64,000 nucleotides of DNA from an uncultured Solirubrobacterales bacterium. Its GTDB lineage: Bacteria > Actinomycetota > Thermoleophilia > Solirubrobacterales > 70-9. Where the stretch lies: positions 1 through 64,000 of the forward strand of contig CAWCUT010000002.1 of assembly GCA_963798875.1 (NCBI GenBank), read 5' to 3'. The position numbers and the translations under genes were made by a program. Under the pieces are notes generated by a model. It did no database searches, was not told where the DNA came from, and saw only the letters and a list, made by a program, of their open reading frames with translations. Below are positions 48,142-57,965 of the stretch, one piece after another. Positions within the stretch are counted from its first letter, which is position 1, and each line of letters begins with the position of its first letter.

Positions 48142-49566
48142 TCAGTCCGGCTCGGGCGGCGCCAGCTCCAGCCGGCCGTCCTCGATCGCCTGCGAGAACT
48201 CCGCGAAGTCGCTCTCGTTGCGGTCCGCGTAGGCGGCGGCGAAGGAGCCCATCGCCTTCGAGAACCCCTTGCCGCCCCCGAGGTAGCCTGCGATCGCGAT
48301 CGGATCGCCGCCGCGGGCATGCGCGCCGGCGAGCGTCGTGCCGCAGACGCGGCCGAACGTGGCGAGATCGCCGGGCGTCATCTCCTCGATCCGGGCCGAG
48401 GCCTTGGCATCCCAGAGTTGCCGCACGTAGAAGTGACGCTCGGGCTCGGAGCGGATCGTCGCGGACGTCCAGCCGAGGAGGATGTCGCCGGCCGCCTGCA
48501 TCAGGCGCTGACCCTCGACGACGCGGCGGCCATGGTGCGAGTAGACGGACGGACCCGTATACGGCTCGAGTACCGAGGCCTCGGCCTCCTTGATCTGCAG
48601 GAAGAGCGGGTCGCTGTCGTCACGGCCGATCAGCAGGGCGATCCACGCGCGCGTGCCGACGCTGCCGACGCCGACCACCTTGCGTCCGGCATCGACGAAG
48701 CGGTACTTACGCAGCAGGTGCTTGTTCTCGTCCGCGAGCGAATCCAGGTAGGAACCGAGCACCTGGTTGACGAGCTCGGCGACGAGGTCGGCCTCGTCCG
48801 GGGCGATCTCGCGCGTCGGGACGAGAACGGGCGGCTGCGAGCGGATCCGGAGCTTCCCGTCGACGCGCTCGGTGAGCTTCGCCAGCGCCCGCATCCGCGT
48901 CTTCGAGGCCGCCTTGGCGGCGTTGCGGTCGATCGCCTTGCGCCGGCGGGAGTCGACCGAGCGCCGGTACTCCTCGAGCGGGCCCTCCGCCTCGAAGCGG
49001 CGGTAGCGGACGTCGATGTGGCCGAGCTCGGCGAGCTCGGCCATCGTCGTCGCGTAGGTGGAGACGGCCGCGACAACGGCGTCGCGCCGCTGCGGGCGGT
49101 CGAACCCGCGATTGCGCCCGGCGATCTCGAAGCTCGCCGCGAGCCGCTTGACGTCCCATTCCCATGGGCCGGGGTGCGTCTCGTCGAAGTCGTTGCAGTC
49201 GAGCACGATGCGCCGGTCGGCGGCGGCGAAGCCGCCGAAGTTGGAGAGGTGGGCGTCGCCGCAGAGCTGCGTGCGCAGTCCCGCGTCGGGAGTGCCGCTC
49301 AGGTCGGCGGCCATGATCGCCGCCGCGCCCCGGTAGAAGGTGAACGCCGAGTCGAGCATCCGCCGGTGGCGCAGCGGCAGCAGCTCCTGCAGCCGCGCGG
49401 TCTCCTGCGCCTCGAGGATCGCTACGGGGTCGACGCCGGCGGGCCGATCGAACTCCGCGTGGCTCGAGCGCGGCGCCGTCCCTCGCGCGGCCCGGCCCAG
49501 CTCGCGGCGCTCCTCGGGGCTGAGCTCAGCCCACGGCAGCGTCAGGATCGCCGCGGCGGTTGCCAT
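48142..49566 (-). CDS. DUF2252-domain protein.
   Basis: 474 aa, intact. LRHRRMLDSAFTFYRGAAAIMAADL...QLCGDAHLSNFGGFAAADRRIVLDCNDFDETHPGPWEWDVKRLAAS matches the DUF2252 pattern. Confidence 0.65.
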   Translation of the reverse strand: MATAAAILTLPWAELSPEERRELGRAARGTAPRSSHAEFDRPAGVDPVAILEAQETARLQELLPLRHRRMLDSAFTFYRGAAAIMAADLSGTPDAGLRTQLCGDAHLSNFGGFAAADRRIVLDCNDFDETHPGPWEWDVKRLAASFEIAGRNRGFDRPQRRDAVVAAVSTYATTMAELAELGHIDVRYRRFEAEGPLEEYRRSVDSRRRKAIDRNAAKAASKTRMRALAKLTERVDGKLRIRSQPPVLVPTREIAPDEADLVAELVNQVLGSYLDSLADENKHLLRKYRFVDAGRKVVGVGSVGTRAWIALLIGRDDSDPLFLQIKEAEASVLEPYTGPSVYSHHGRRVVEGQRLMQAAGDILLGWTSATIRSEPERHFYVRQLWDAKASARIEEMTPGDLATFGRVCGTTLAGAHARGGDPIAIAGYLGGGKGFSKAMGSFAAAYADRNESDFAEFSQAIEDGRLELAPPEPD

Positions 49567-49602
49567 CCACCCGATCGTACGCCCACGCGGCGGCCTTCCA
49601 GC

Positions 49603-49619
49603 TCACCCGATCGGGGTGA
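49603..49619. promoter_or_regulatory. Palindromic motif TCACCCGATCGGGGTGA (site 3).
   Basis: In the divergent intergenic region between DUF2252 (minus) and the 49653 membrane protein (plus). About 35 nt upstream of the plus-strand ATG. Confidence 0.4.
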
Positions 49620-49652
49620 TGTTGCCGCTCCTCCCCCAGATAGCTTGCGGCG

Positions 49653-50291
49653 ATGGCCGTACATGCGGGAACCCTGAAGGCCCGACCCGGGCTGCCGCGG
49701 CTGATCGGCGGCCTCTTCGCGATCGGCTCGGTCTGCTTCTTCGTCGGTCCCTTCCCCGGCTTCGTCAACCTGGTCGGTGCCGAAGCCGACGGCATCACCT
49801 TCTTCGTCGGCTCGCTCTTCTTCACGTCGGCGGCGCTGCTACAGGCACTCGAGGCGCACGGCAAGGACAGGCTGCCGACGCTGATCCAGTTTGCCGGCAC
49901 GATCTTCTTCAACGTCAACACCTACCGGGCGCTGCAGACGACGATCGACAACTCCGACGTCAACAGGCTGATCTGGGCGCCGGAGGCGATCGGCTCCGCC
50001 TGCTTTCTGATCTCGGGCGCGATGGCGTTCGCCGACATCCGCGGTCAGGGCTTCTCGCTGCGGCACAGCGCCGAGGGCAGGATCGCCTCGATCAACCTGG
50101 CGGGCTGCGTCTTCTTCGTGATCGCCACGATCGCCTCTTACGTCGTCCCGAAGACGGGCGACGCGCTCGACCTCGCGGCCGCGAACTGGAGCACGGCGCT
50201 CGGCGCGCTCTGCTTCTTCGCGGGCGCCGTGATCCTCGCGCGCGCCTCTGCGCCTGACTCAGCGGGCGAGCGGCCGCGCGTCGCCGGCTGA
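49653..50291 (+). CDS. Hypothetical polytopic membrane protein.
   Basis: 212 aa with about 6 TM helices. No family recognised. Confidence 0.5.
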   Translation: MAVHAGTLKARPGLPRLIGGLFAIGSVCFFVGPFPGFVNLVGAEADGITFFVGSLFFTSAALLQALEAHGKDRLPTLIQFAGTIFFNVNTYRALQTTIDNSDVNRLIWAPEAIGSACFLISGAMAFADIRGQGFSLRHSAEGRIASINLAGCVFFVIATIASYVVPKTGDALDLAAANWSTALGALCFFAGAVILARASAPDSAGERPRVAG

Positions 50292-50416
50292 CGGCAGCCG
50301 CTGCGGCTTGGGTGAGGCCGGGGGCGCTACCGGTGCCGGCGTCGGGGGCGGCAGGTAGGAGCCGGTCGCGATCGCGATCGCCCGTAGCAGTGGGGTCCGG
50401 CGCACCACCAGCTTGC

Positions 50417-50770
50417 TCATGGCCCGTGATCCCCGGCGGCAGCGCCCGGCAAGCCCATGCCCAGCGCCAGCATCAGCTCGGGAGCGGCGGCGATCGCCCG
50501 CGCCTCCCCGACCAACGGCGCGACGGCGCGAAGCAGCTCCAACAACTCGGCGGGCGTAACCCCGGCGTCGATCGCGGCCGTCACCTGGCGACCGTAGGCG
50601 GCGGGCGGCGCATCGAGCGCCGTCGAAACGGCAAGACGGACGAGCGCCACGGTGCGCTCACCGAGGGCCGAGGCCGGCGGCTGCTCGCCGAGCCCTCCGG
50701 CCAACGCCTCGGGCCGGCCCGAGGCGACCTCCGCCAACGCCCTGTGAACCTCGGTCTCGCTCGCGCCCAT
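50417..50770 (-). CDS. AhpD/carboxymuconolactone-decarboxylase-like protein.
   Basis: Internal ATG (MGASETEVHRALAEV…) of track ORF 50417-50914. Helical AhpD-like fold features. The palindrome site lies about 60 nt upstream. Confidence 0.5.
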   Translation of the reverse strand: MGASETEVHRALAEVASGRPEALAGGLGEQPPASALGERTVALVRLAVSTALDAPPAAYGRQVTAAIDAGVTPAELLELLRAVAPLVGEARAIAAAPELMLALGMGLPGAAAGDHGP

Positions 50771-50829
50771 GTCTCCTCGTTGCCCTCGTCGCCGAGTCCG
50801 AAAGCTATGGGCAGCGGCCTCGGCGATCA

Positions 50830-50846
50830 TCACCCGAACGGGGTGA
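50830..50846. promoter_or_regulatory. Palindromic motif TCACCCGAACGGGGTGA (site 4).
   Basis: 6-5-6 inverted repeat upstream of the AhpD-like gene on the minus strand, just 3' of the LAL regulator stop. Confidence 0.4.
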
Positions 50847-50852
50847 GGGCGT

Positions 50853-53204
50853 TCAGCCGGGCTGACGGATCGCCGCTTTTGCCTCGCGCGACGCCCCCGA
50901 GCCGGGCAGCTCACCGCCGGCGATCAGCCCCGCGGCCTGGGCGACGTCGACCGCCTCCGCACGCGAGCTGACGCCGAGCTTGCGGTAGATCGATCGTGCC
51001 TGGGACTTGACCGTGTTGGTCGACACGAACAGCTGCGCGGCGATCTCGCGGAAGCTGTGGTGGGTCGGCAGCTGGTGCAGGAGGCGGAGCTCCGCCGGGG
51101 TCAGCGGCCAGCGCGTCTCGCCACCGGAGGCGGCGGCCTCCTCGCGTGCCCGGCCGAGCATCTCCTCGAGGACGGGCGCCCCGACCGCCCGCCGCACGTG
51201 CGGCTCGGCCTCGTCGAGCCAGCGATGGGCGCCGGCGAAGTCGTCGAGCTGCAGCAGCGCCCGGGCGAGGACGATCCGCGCCTCGGCCTCGTACCAAGAA
51301 CTCATATCGGTGATCGCTGGAATCAGCGCGGCGGCCTGCCGCGCCGACGTGACTGCATCGTTGACCCGGCCGCGGCGAGCTTTGATCAAGGCCGTCACCG
51401 CGATCGCCAGCGCCTGAGTCTCGTGCCTATCGATCCCGTAGCGCTGGACCGTCGCCGCACTGTGTTCCTCGAGCGCCCAGGCCTCGGTCTCGGCACCGGC
51501 GTCAAGCAGGAGGAGTGCGTGCTGCGCGAGGCAGAGGCTGCGGACCGTCGGCGCGGCGCGGTCGCCGAGCCGGGCGCCCTCGGCGAGCGCCTCGGCAGCA
51601 CCGTCTCCGTCGCCGCCGAGATGCCGGGCGACGCCCTCGATGAAGCAGGCGAGCGAGCGCCACGGATCGCTCTCGGGAAGGAGGGCGCGGGCTCTGGCGC
51701 CGGCATCAAGCGCATCCGGGAGTGCTACCGCGATGCCGCCGGAGGCGGCGATCAGGTCCGCCCCGAACTCGATCGAGGAGCGCTCGTCCTTGGGCACGAA
51801 CTCGAGCGCCGCCCGGGCAGCCGCCGTCAGGCGGTCGACGCCGGCGCCGTCGCCGGCGTTCAGGTCGAGCGCCGCCTGTGTCAACGCCAGCTGCGGGTTC
51901 GCCAGGATCGTCGCGTCGCTGAAGCGCGCCAGCCACGCCGCGACGCCCGCGACGCGCCCATGGCTGGCGTAGTCGGGCACGTGCTCCCACAGCAGGCGAC
52001 CGGCGGCAACCTCATCACCGCTGGTGATCGCGTGCTCGATCGCCCGATCGGCATCGCCCCGCTCGGCGTAGATGCGGCTCGCGCGCAGCTGCAGCTCCCT
52101 GAGGCGGCCGGAGCCGCGGCGCTCTAGTTCGCCGAGCAACATCTCGCGCAAGAGCGCGTGATAGCGGAAGTCGCGGTCGAAGCGGTCAAGCGGAATCACG
52201 AGCGGGTTCGACTGCGAGAGCCGGCGCAGGTCCTCGGCCGATCCCTGGCGGCCGAGCAGCGCGTCGCAGGCTTCCCCGTCGAGCTGCTCGAGCACCGAGC
52301 ATTCGATCAGGAAGGTGCGATCCTCTTCCTCGAGGACCGAGATCAACTCCTCGCGCAGGTAGTCGGCGATCACGCGGTCCTCTCCGGTAAAGCGCCGGAT
52401 CGCGTCGTCGGCATCGGGCGCATCGGCGAGTGAGAGGGCGGCCAGGTAGACCGCGACCGGCCAACCCTCCGTGTGCTCCGCGAGCTCCTTGAGTGGGCCA
52501 GGACCGAGCTCGATCCCGGCGACCTCGAGGAACGCGGCGATCTCGCCCCGCGTCATTGCCAGCGGCTTCGGCCCGATCTCGGCGAGGCGACCCTCAGCGC
52601 GCAGCCGGCCGAGCTTCAGTCCCGGATCGCCGCGGGTCGCCACCGCCAGTTGCGAGCCCTCCGGCATCGCCATTGCCAGTGCGCGGATCAGCTCGAGCGC
52701 CCCTGGATCGGAGACGAGATGGAAGTCGTCGAGGACGATGACGAAGGGGCGCTCGCGGGCGGCCACCAGCGCGGCCAGCCGCGGGGTCACCGAAGAGATG
52801 AGACCCGGGCGTGCGCCCACGAGCAGATCGAAGACGGCCGGATCAACCGGGTCGATCGAGTCGAGGACGGTGGCCAGCGTCCGGGCGAGGAAGACAGGAT
52901 CGTTGTCGCGATCGTCGATCGTCACCCAGCCGAACGGACGCGGGTCGGCGGCGTCCCATTCGGTCAGCAGTGTCGTCTTGCCGGATCCGGCCGGCGCCGC
53001 CAGCAAGAGCATTGCGCAGCGCGCGTAGACGTCGAGCTGCTCGACCAGACGCCGCCGTGTGATCAGTCCCCGTTCGGGGCTCCATGCCGGGCTTGGCAGG
53101 CGCAGCGGAACGGGTGCCGCTGCGTTCTCGCTGCTCGCTTGTACCCCGATGGTGCGTCGACCTCCAGCGATCTGCCACGTGCCCAGGCTTGGGCCGAAGG
53201 GCAC
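50853..53204 (-). CDS. LAL-family (large ATP-binding LuxR) transcriptional regulator.
   Basis: N-terminal P-loop (LAAPAGSGKTTLL). Long TPR-like helical middle. C-terminal LuxR HTH (LTPAELRLLHQLPTHHSFREIAAQLFVSTNTVKSQARSIYRKLGVSSRAEAV). The true start is probably somewhat downstream of the track start. Confidence 0.75.
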   Translation of the reverse strand: MPFGPSLGTWQIAGGRRTIGVQASSENAAAPVPLRLPSPAWSPERGLITRRRLVEQLDVYARCAMLLLAAPAGSGKTTLLTEWDAADPRPFGWVTIDDRDNDPVFLARTLATVLDSIDPVDPAVFDLLVGARPGLISSVTPRLAALVAARERPFVIVLDDFHLVSDPGALELIRALAMAMPEGSQLAVATRGDPGLKLGRLRAEGRLAEIGPKPLAMTRGEIAAFLEVAGIELGPGPLKELAEHTEGWPVAVYLAALSLADAPDADDAIRRFTGEDRVIADYLREELISVLEEEDRTFLIECSVLEQLDGEACDALLGRQGSAEDLRRLSQSNPLVIPLDRFDRDFRYHALLREMLLGELERRGSGRLRELQLRASRIYAERGDADRAIEHAITSGDEVAAGRLLWEHVPDYASHGRVAGVAAWLARFSDATILANPQLALTQAALDLNAGDGAGVDRLTAAARAALEFVPKDERSSIEFGADLIAASGGIAVALPDALDAGARARALLPESDPWRSLACFIEGVARHLGGDGDGAAEALAEGARLGDRAAPTVRSLCLAQHALLLLDAGAETEAWALEEHSAATVQRYGIDRHETQALAIAVTALIKARRGRVNDAVTSARQAAALIPAITDMSSWYEAEARIVLARALLQLDDFAGAHRWLDEAEPHVRRAVGAPVLEEMLGRAREEAAASGGETRWPLTPAELRLLHQLPTHHSFREIAAQLFVSTNTVKSQARSIYRKLGVSSRAEAVDVAQAAGLIAGGELPGSGASREAKAAIRQPG

Positions 53205-53444
53205 GTTATGGGCCGGGGCGGGGCCTCACTCAGTACTTACCCGTAGAAGGCGCGCGCCGCCTCACCCGATTGGGGCTAGAAGTGCCGCCTCTGCAGCGCA
53301 TAGCTTCTCTGCATCCTCTTCGACCTGCCGACATGGGTACTGGCGCTCACGATCGTCGCCGCAACCTTCGGGGCGACGGCGCTCGGCGCCTGGGTCGGCC
53401 GGCACTCCCGGCATCTGAGCGAGCACCTCAGCGAGCCGCTCGGC

Positions 53445-54089
53445 GTGCTGCAGGGAGCGCTGCTCGGCGTGGTCGGGCTGATCCTCGCCTTCGGCCTCTC
53501 GCTGGCACTCTCCCGCTACGAGGACAGGCGGGCGACGATCGTCGGCGAGGCGAATGCGATCGGCACGACGTACCTGCGTGCGCAGCTGCTCGAGCCCGGC
53601 ATCCGCGGCCCCTCCCTCAGGCTGCTCGACAGCTACGCGCACCAGGCGGTCGACGTCGCCGACCGGGTCCCCGGCAGCGACACCGAGAAGGCAGCAGTGG
53701 CGAACGAGGAGTCGCTGCAGGAACGCCTCTGGGCCCTGGCCCGGCGCGCCGTCGCCGAGCAGCCGGTCGCAACTGGACCGCGTCTGTACGTCGAGACGCT
53801 GAACAACATGATCGATGCTCAGGGGACGCGCCAGGCGGCGCTCGCCAACCGGGTTCCGCACCCGGTGCTGCTGCTCGAGCTGCTCGGCGGCGCCGTTGCA
53901 CTGGCGCTGCTCGCCGGCTACCTGGCAATGATCGGGCGCGGGGGCAGCGCCGTCTTCGTGATCGCCGGCCTCGTCGCCTTCCTGCTCTTCGTCATCGCTG
54001 ACCTCGACCGGCCGACGCGAGGGCTGATCAAGGTCCCCGACACCCCGCTCGAGAACCAGTACCAGTCGCAGCTGCACCCACCCGGGTAG
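53445..54089 (+). CDS. DUF4239 (bestrophin-like) membrane protein.
   Basis: GTG start. …RYEDRRATIVGEANAIGTTYLRAQLLEP… The in-frame TM region upstream (to about 53300) lacks a canonical start. A weaker palindrome variant, TCACCCGATTGGGGCT, lies at 53262-53277. Confidence 0.5.
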   Translation: MLQGALLGVVGLILAFGLSLALSRYEDRRATIVGEANAIGTTYLRAQLLEPGIRGPSLRLLDSYAHQAVDVADRVPGSDTEKAAVANEESLQERLWALARRAVAEQPVATGPRLYVETLNNMIDAQGTRQAALANRVPHPVLLLELLGGAVALALLAGYLAMIGRGGSAVFVIAGLVAFLLFVIADLDRPTRGLIKVPDTPLENQYQSQLHPPG

Positions 54090-54187
54090 CCAGGCACGCC
54101 CGAGGGCCTGCCTGGGTTCCTGTTCAGGTAGGTTGAGCGGGTGATCGACGTCACTCGCAAGTTCCCTCTGTCACTAGGTCGGACCGC

Positions 54188-56708
54188 TTGAGCAAGGCCG
54201 AGAAACCGCAGATCACGATCGTCGTCGACGGCGTCGAGATCGAGACCACGGAAGGCCGGATGCTGGTCGACGCCGCCAAGTCCGGCGACGTCGAGATCCC
54301 GGTCTTCTGTTACGAGCCGAAGCTCGGCGACCCGGTCGGCGCCTGCCGCATGTGCCTGGTCGAGATCGAGGGCATCCCAAAGCTGCAGACCGCCTGCTCG
54401 ACCCCGGTCCGGGACGGGATGGTCATCTACACGCAGACCGACCGGGTCAAGGAGGCGCAGAACGCGGTCGTCGAGTTCCTGCTCGTCAACCACCCACTCG
54501 ATTGCCCCGTCTGCGACAAGGGCGGCGAGTGCCCGCTGCAGGACATCTCGATGGGCTGGGGTCCCGGCCGCAGTCGCGTCACCGATCCGAAGCGCCACTT
54601 CCAAAAACCGATCCCGCTGAGCCCGCTGATCAAGATCGACCGCGAGCGCTGCATCCTCTGCTACCGCTGCGTGCGCTTCAGCCAGGAGGTCGCCGAGGAC
54701 GAGCACCTGCAGCTGCTCGAGCGCGGCCCGAAGACGTTCGTCGGGACCTTCAACGACCGGCCCTACTCCGCCCCCTTCCACGGCAACATCATCGAGCTCT
54801 GTCCCGTCGGCGCCCTGACCTCGCAGACGTACCGCTTCCGGGCGCGGCCGTGGGACATCGAGGACGCGGGTTCGGTCTGCACGCTCTGCCCGAGCCAGTG
54901 CAACGTCAAGTTCACCGTCCGCGACGAGCAGGTCGTCCGCGTCCTCGGCCGCGACAACCACGACGTCGACGACGGCTGGCTCTGCGACAAGGGCCGCTTC
55001 GGCTTCGAGATGTTTGCCTCCGACAATCGACCGCTGGGGCCGCAGGTGCGGACCGGCGGCGCGCTCGGTGAAGCGACCTGGGCCGAAGCACTGGAGCGAA
55101 CCGCACGCGGGCTGACCGAGGCGCACGGCAAGGTCGCCGCGATCGTCGGCGGCGGCGCCTCGAACGAGGAGGCCTACTTGATCCAGCGCATGGTTCGCGG
55201 CCCGCTCGCCTCCCACGACGTCGTCGGCGCCGAGCACGGCGCCGTCCCCGCCGCGTCGCGCGCGGCGCTCTCCGATCCGGACCTCGCCCTCTCGATGGGC
55301 GACATCGACGGCGCCGACGCGATCCTCGTGGTCGGCACGGACCCGATGCACGACATGCCGATCCTCGAGCTGCGGATCCGCAAGGCCGTGCGCCGCCACG
55401 GTTCCGACCTGCTCGTCGCGACCGAGCGCCCGACGGCGCTCGACGGTGGCGCGGCGGTGGGCTCCTCCGGATGCCTGGAGGCGGCGCGGTATGCACCCGG
55501 CGGCGCGGCGGCCTTCCTCGCCTCGCTGGCCGCCGAGCTGCAGGGCGAAGGCGATGGCGCCAACGGCTTCGCCGAGGCTCTGCGCGGAGCGGAGGACGTG
55601 GCGATCGTGTGGGGCGAGCGGATCTCGACCGGTCCCGGCGGCGAGAGCGCCGTCTCCTCGCTGCTCGAGATCGCCGACGCGCTCGGGCTCGCCGGGCAAG
55701 CCCGGCAGCGGCCTGCTCGAGGTTCCCGCTCGCCGCCAATGGCCGCGGCCTCCGCGAGGCGGGCGCCTACGAGAACGTCGGCCCGGGGCTGGTGCCGCTC
55801 GCCCGCAGCGGGCGCGACGCCGATGCGATCCGCGAGGCGCTCGAAGCCGGCGAGCTCGAGGCCCTGATCCTCTGGGATGTCGACCCGGTTCGCGACTTCG
55901 CCGACCCCGAGGGCTGGGCGCGGGCGATCGGCGCCGCCAACTTCACCCTGAGCGTCTCGATGTTCGACGGTGCCAGCGCCAAGGGCGCCGACGTGCACCT
56001 GCCGGCGGAGACACACGCCGAGAAGGAGGGCAGCGTCACCCACCCGGACGGGCGCCTGCAGCGGGTCCGGCCCTCGGTGCCGCATCCGGGGGCGGTGCGG
56101 CCCCTGTGGCAGGCGCTGACCGAGCTCAGCGCGCAACTCGGCGACGAGACCGGCGCCGGCACCGCCGGTGAGGTCTTCGAGCTGCTCGCCGCCGAAGCGC
56201 CGATCTACGCCGGGCTCACCTACGACCGGATCGGCGGCACCGGGATCCGCTGGCAGGAGGTCAACGCCGCGGCCGGCGCCCGAGCGGCTCGGCCGCCCCC
56301 GCCCCCGTGCCGCACGCCACCGAGCCGGCAGCCGGGATGCTGCGACTCGGCACCTACCACGACCTCTGGGCCGACTACGTCGCCGAGCGCAACCCGAGCC
56401 TCGAGTACCTCTCACCGCCGCAGACGCTCGAGCTCAGCGAAGGCGCCGCGCGCGGGCTCGGCGTCGGCAACGGAACCGAGGTGATCGTCACCGGCGAGAC
56501 CGGCGAGGAGCTGCGCGCCGTCGTCGCGATCCGGCCGCGGATGCCCGACGACGTCGGCTTCTTGATCGAGGGCACCGCCGAGGACGCCGCGAACCTGCTC
56601 GGCGAGGCGCGCGCGATCAGCGTCGCCGTCGCGCCTGCGGCGGAGGAGGACGAGGCACCGGCCCTCGGCGTCTCGGCCCGCGAGAAGGTCGCAGTGGTAG
56701 CCCGATGA
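54188..56708 (+). CDS. nuoG: NADH-quinone oxidoreductase subunit G with 2 apparent frameshifts.
   Basis: N-terminal 2Fe-2S/4Fe-4S Cys clusters (CYEPKLGDPVGACRMC…CPVCDKGGEC…CILCYRCVRF…CPVGAL…CTLCPSQC). Molybdopterin-like domain continues in a second frame (55471-) and a third (56307-56708). The stop overlaps the nuoH start (ATGA). Confidence 0.8.
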
Positions 56709-57715
56709 GCATCGCCGACGTCAGCTTCGCCGAGGCGACCTGGCTGCTCGTCCTCAAGTCGATCGTGATCTTCTTCGTGATCCTCTCGCTCGTGCCGATC
56801 ATCCTGGTCATCGAGCGCAAGCTGCTCGGCCGCTTCCAGGCGCGCTACGGCCCCAACCGCGTCGGCCCCTTCGGGCTGATGCAGCCGATGGCCGACGTGC
56901 TCAAGCTGCTCACCAAGGAGAGCTACAAGCCCGACAACGCGGTCCCCTACCTGTGGGCGATCGCGCCGGCCCTGGTCATCCTGAGCGCCACGGCGACGCT
57001 CGCGATCATTCCCTTCGGCGACGTCGACGGCAAGGTCGGCCTGTACGGGATCGACGTGCCGATCGGGATCCTCTACGCCTTCGCCTTCGGCTCGATCTCC
57101 TTCTACGGGCTGCTGCTCGGCGGCTGGGCGTCGGGGTCGAAGTTCAGCTTCATGGGCGCAATGCGCTCGGCCGCGCAGCTGATCTCCTACGAGATCTCGA
57201 TGGGACTCTCGCTGCTCGGCGTGGTCATGATGGCCGGCTCACTCAGCCTCGTCGACATCTCCAACGCCCAGGCGGACACCGTCTGGTACGTGATCCCCCA
57301 GTTCGTCGGCTTCATCATCTTCATGGTCTCCGGCTTCGCCGAGTCCAACCGCGCCCCGTTCGACTTGGCGGAGGCCGACGCCGAGCTCGTCGCCGGCTAC
57401 AACACCGAGTACGGCGGCATGCGCTTCGGCTCTTTCTTCATGGCCGAGTACATGGAGATGATCGTCGTCAGCGGCATCGCCGCGGCGATGTTCCTCGGCG
57501 GCTGGCACCTGCCCTTCGGCCTGCACACCCCAGCGCTCATCGGCGTACTCGTGATGCTCGCCAAGATCTTCATCCTGCTGATCTTCTTCATCTGGATCCG
57601 GGCGACGCTGCCACGGCTGCGCTACGACCAGCTGATGTCGCTCGGGTGGAAGGTCCTGCTGCCGCTGGCGACGCTCAACGTGCTGGTCACCGCGGTGCTC
57701 GTCACCGTCACCTGA
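56705..57715 (+). CDS. nuoH: NADH-quinone oxidoreductase subunit H.
   Basis: MSIADVSFAEATWLLVLKSIVIFF…ERKLLGRFQARYGPNRVGPFGLMQPMADVLKL… Internal ATG of track ORF 56168-57715. Confidence 0.85.
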   Translation: MSIADVSFAEATWLLVLKSIVIFFVILSLVPIILVIERKLLGRFQARYGPNRVGPFGLMQPMADVLKLLTKESYKPDNAVPYLWAIAPALVILSATATLAIIPFGDVDGKVGLYGIDVPIGILYAFAFGSISFYGLLLGGWASGSKFSFMGAMRSAAQLISYEISMGLSLLGVVMMAGSLSLVDISNAQADTVWYVIPQFVGFIIFMVSGFAESNRAPFDLAEADAELVAGYNTEYGGMRFGSFFMAEYMEMIVVSGIAAAMFLGGWHLPFGLHTPALIGVLVMLAKIFILLIFFIWIRATLPRLRYDQLMSLGWKVLLPLATLNVLVTAVLVTVT

Positions 57716-57779
57716 GCACCTGAGCGGCCACCGAAGCGCGCCGTCGACGCCGCGCGACGGTCGCCGCGGGCGGCACCCC

Positions 57780-57965
57780 CGCCCCAGAGGGGAACCTCGG
57801 CCGAAAGAACACGCCTGACGTCCCCAAGACCCCTACGTTCGGCGCGGTGCTTCCGTATAGGGAAAGGAACACGCCACAGGTATCGCCGATCGCGACGTGT
57901 GGCGCGTTGGTTCCTCGATGCCGCCTCCGCCTCACTCCGCTGCAAGACGTGTGGCACACGCCTTC
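57780..57965. repeat. Imperfect tandem and inverted repeats in the nuoH-downstream intergenic region.
   Basis: GAAAGAACACGCC (about 57804) and GAAAGGAACACGCC (about 57862). GACGTGTGGCGCGTT (57895-57909) and GACGTGTGGCACACGCC (57946-57962). AGGAACACGCCACAG is nearly complementary to CTGTGGCGCGTTGGTTCCT. Confidence 0.45.

Noticed and set aside
56168-57715. 515-aa ORF as nuoH.
   Set aside because: The first 179 residues are Arg/Gly-rich junk overlapping the nuoG 3' end in another frame. NuoH starts at the internal ATG at 56705, which overlaps the nuoG stop.
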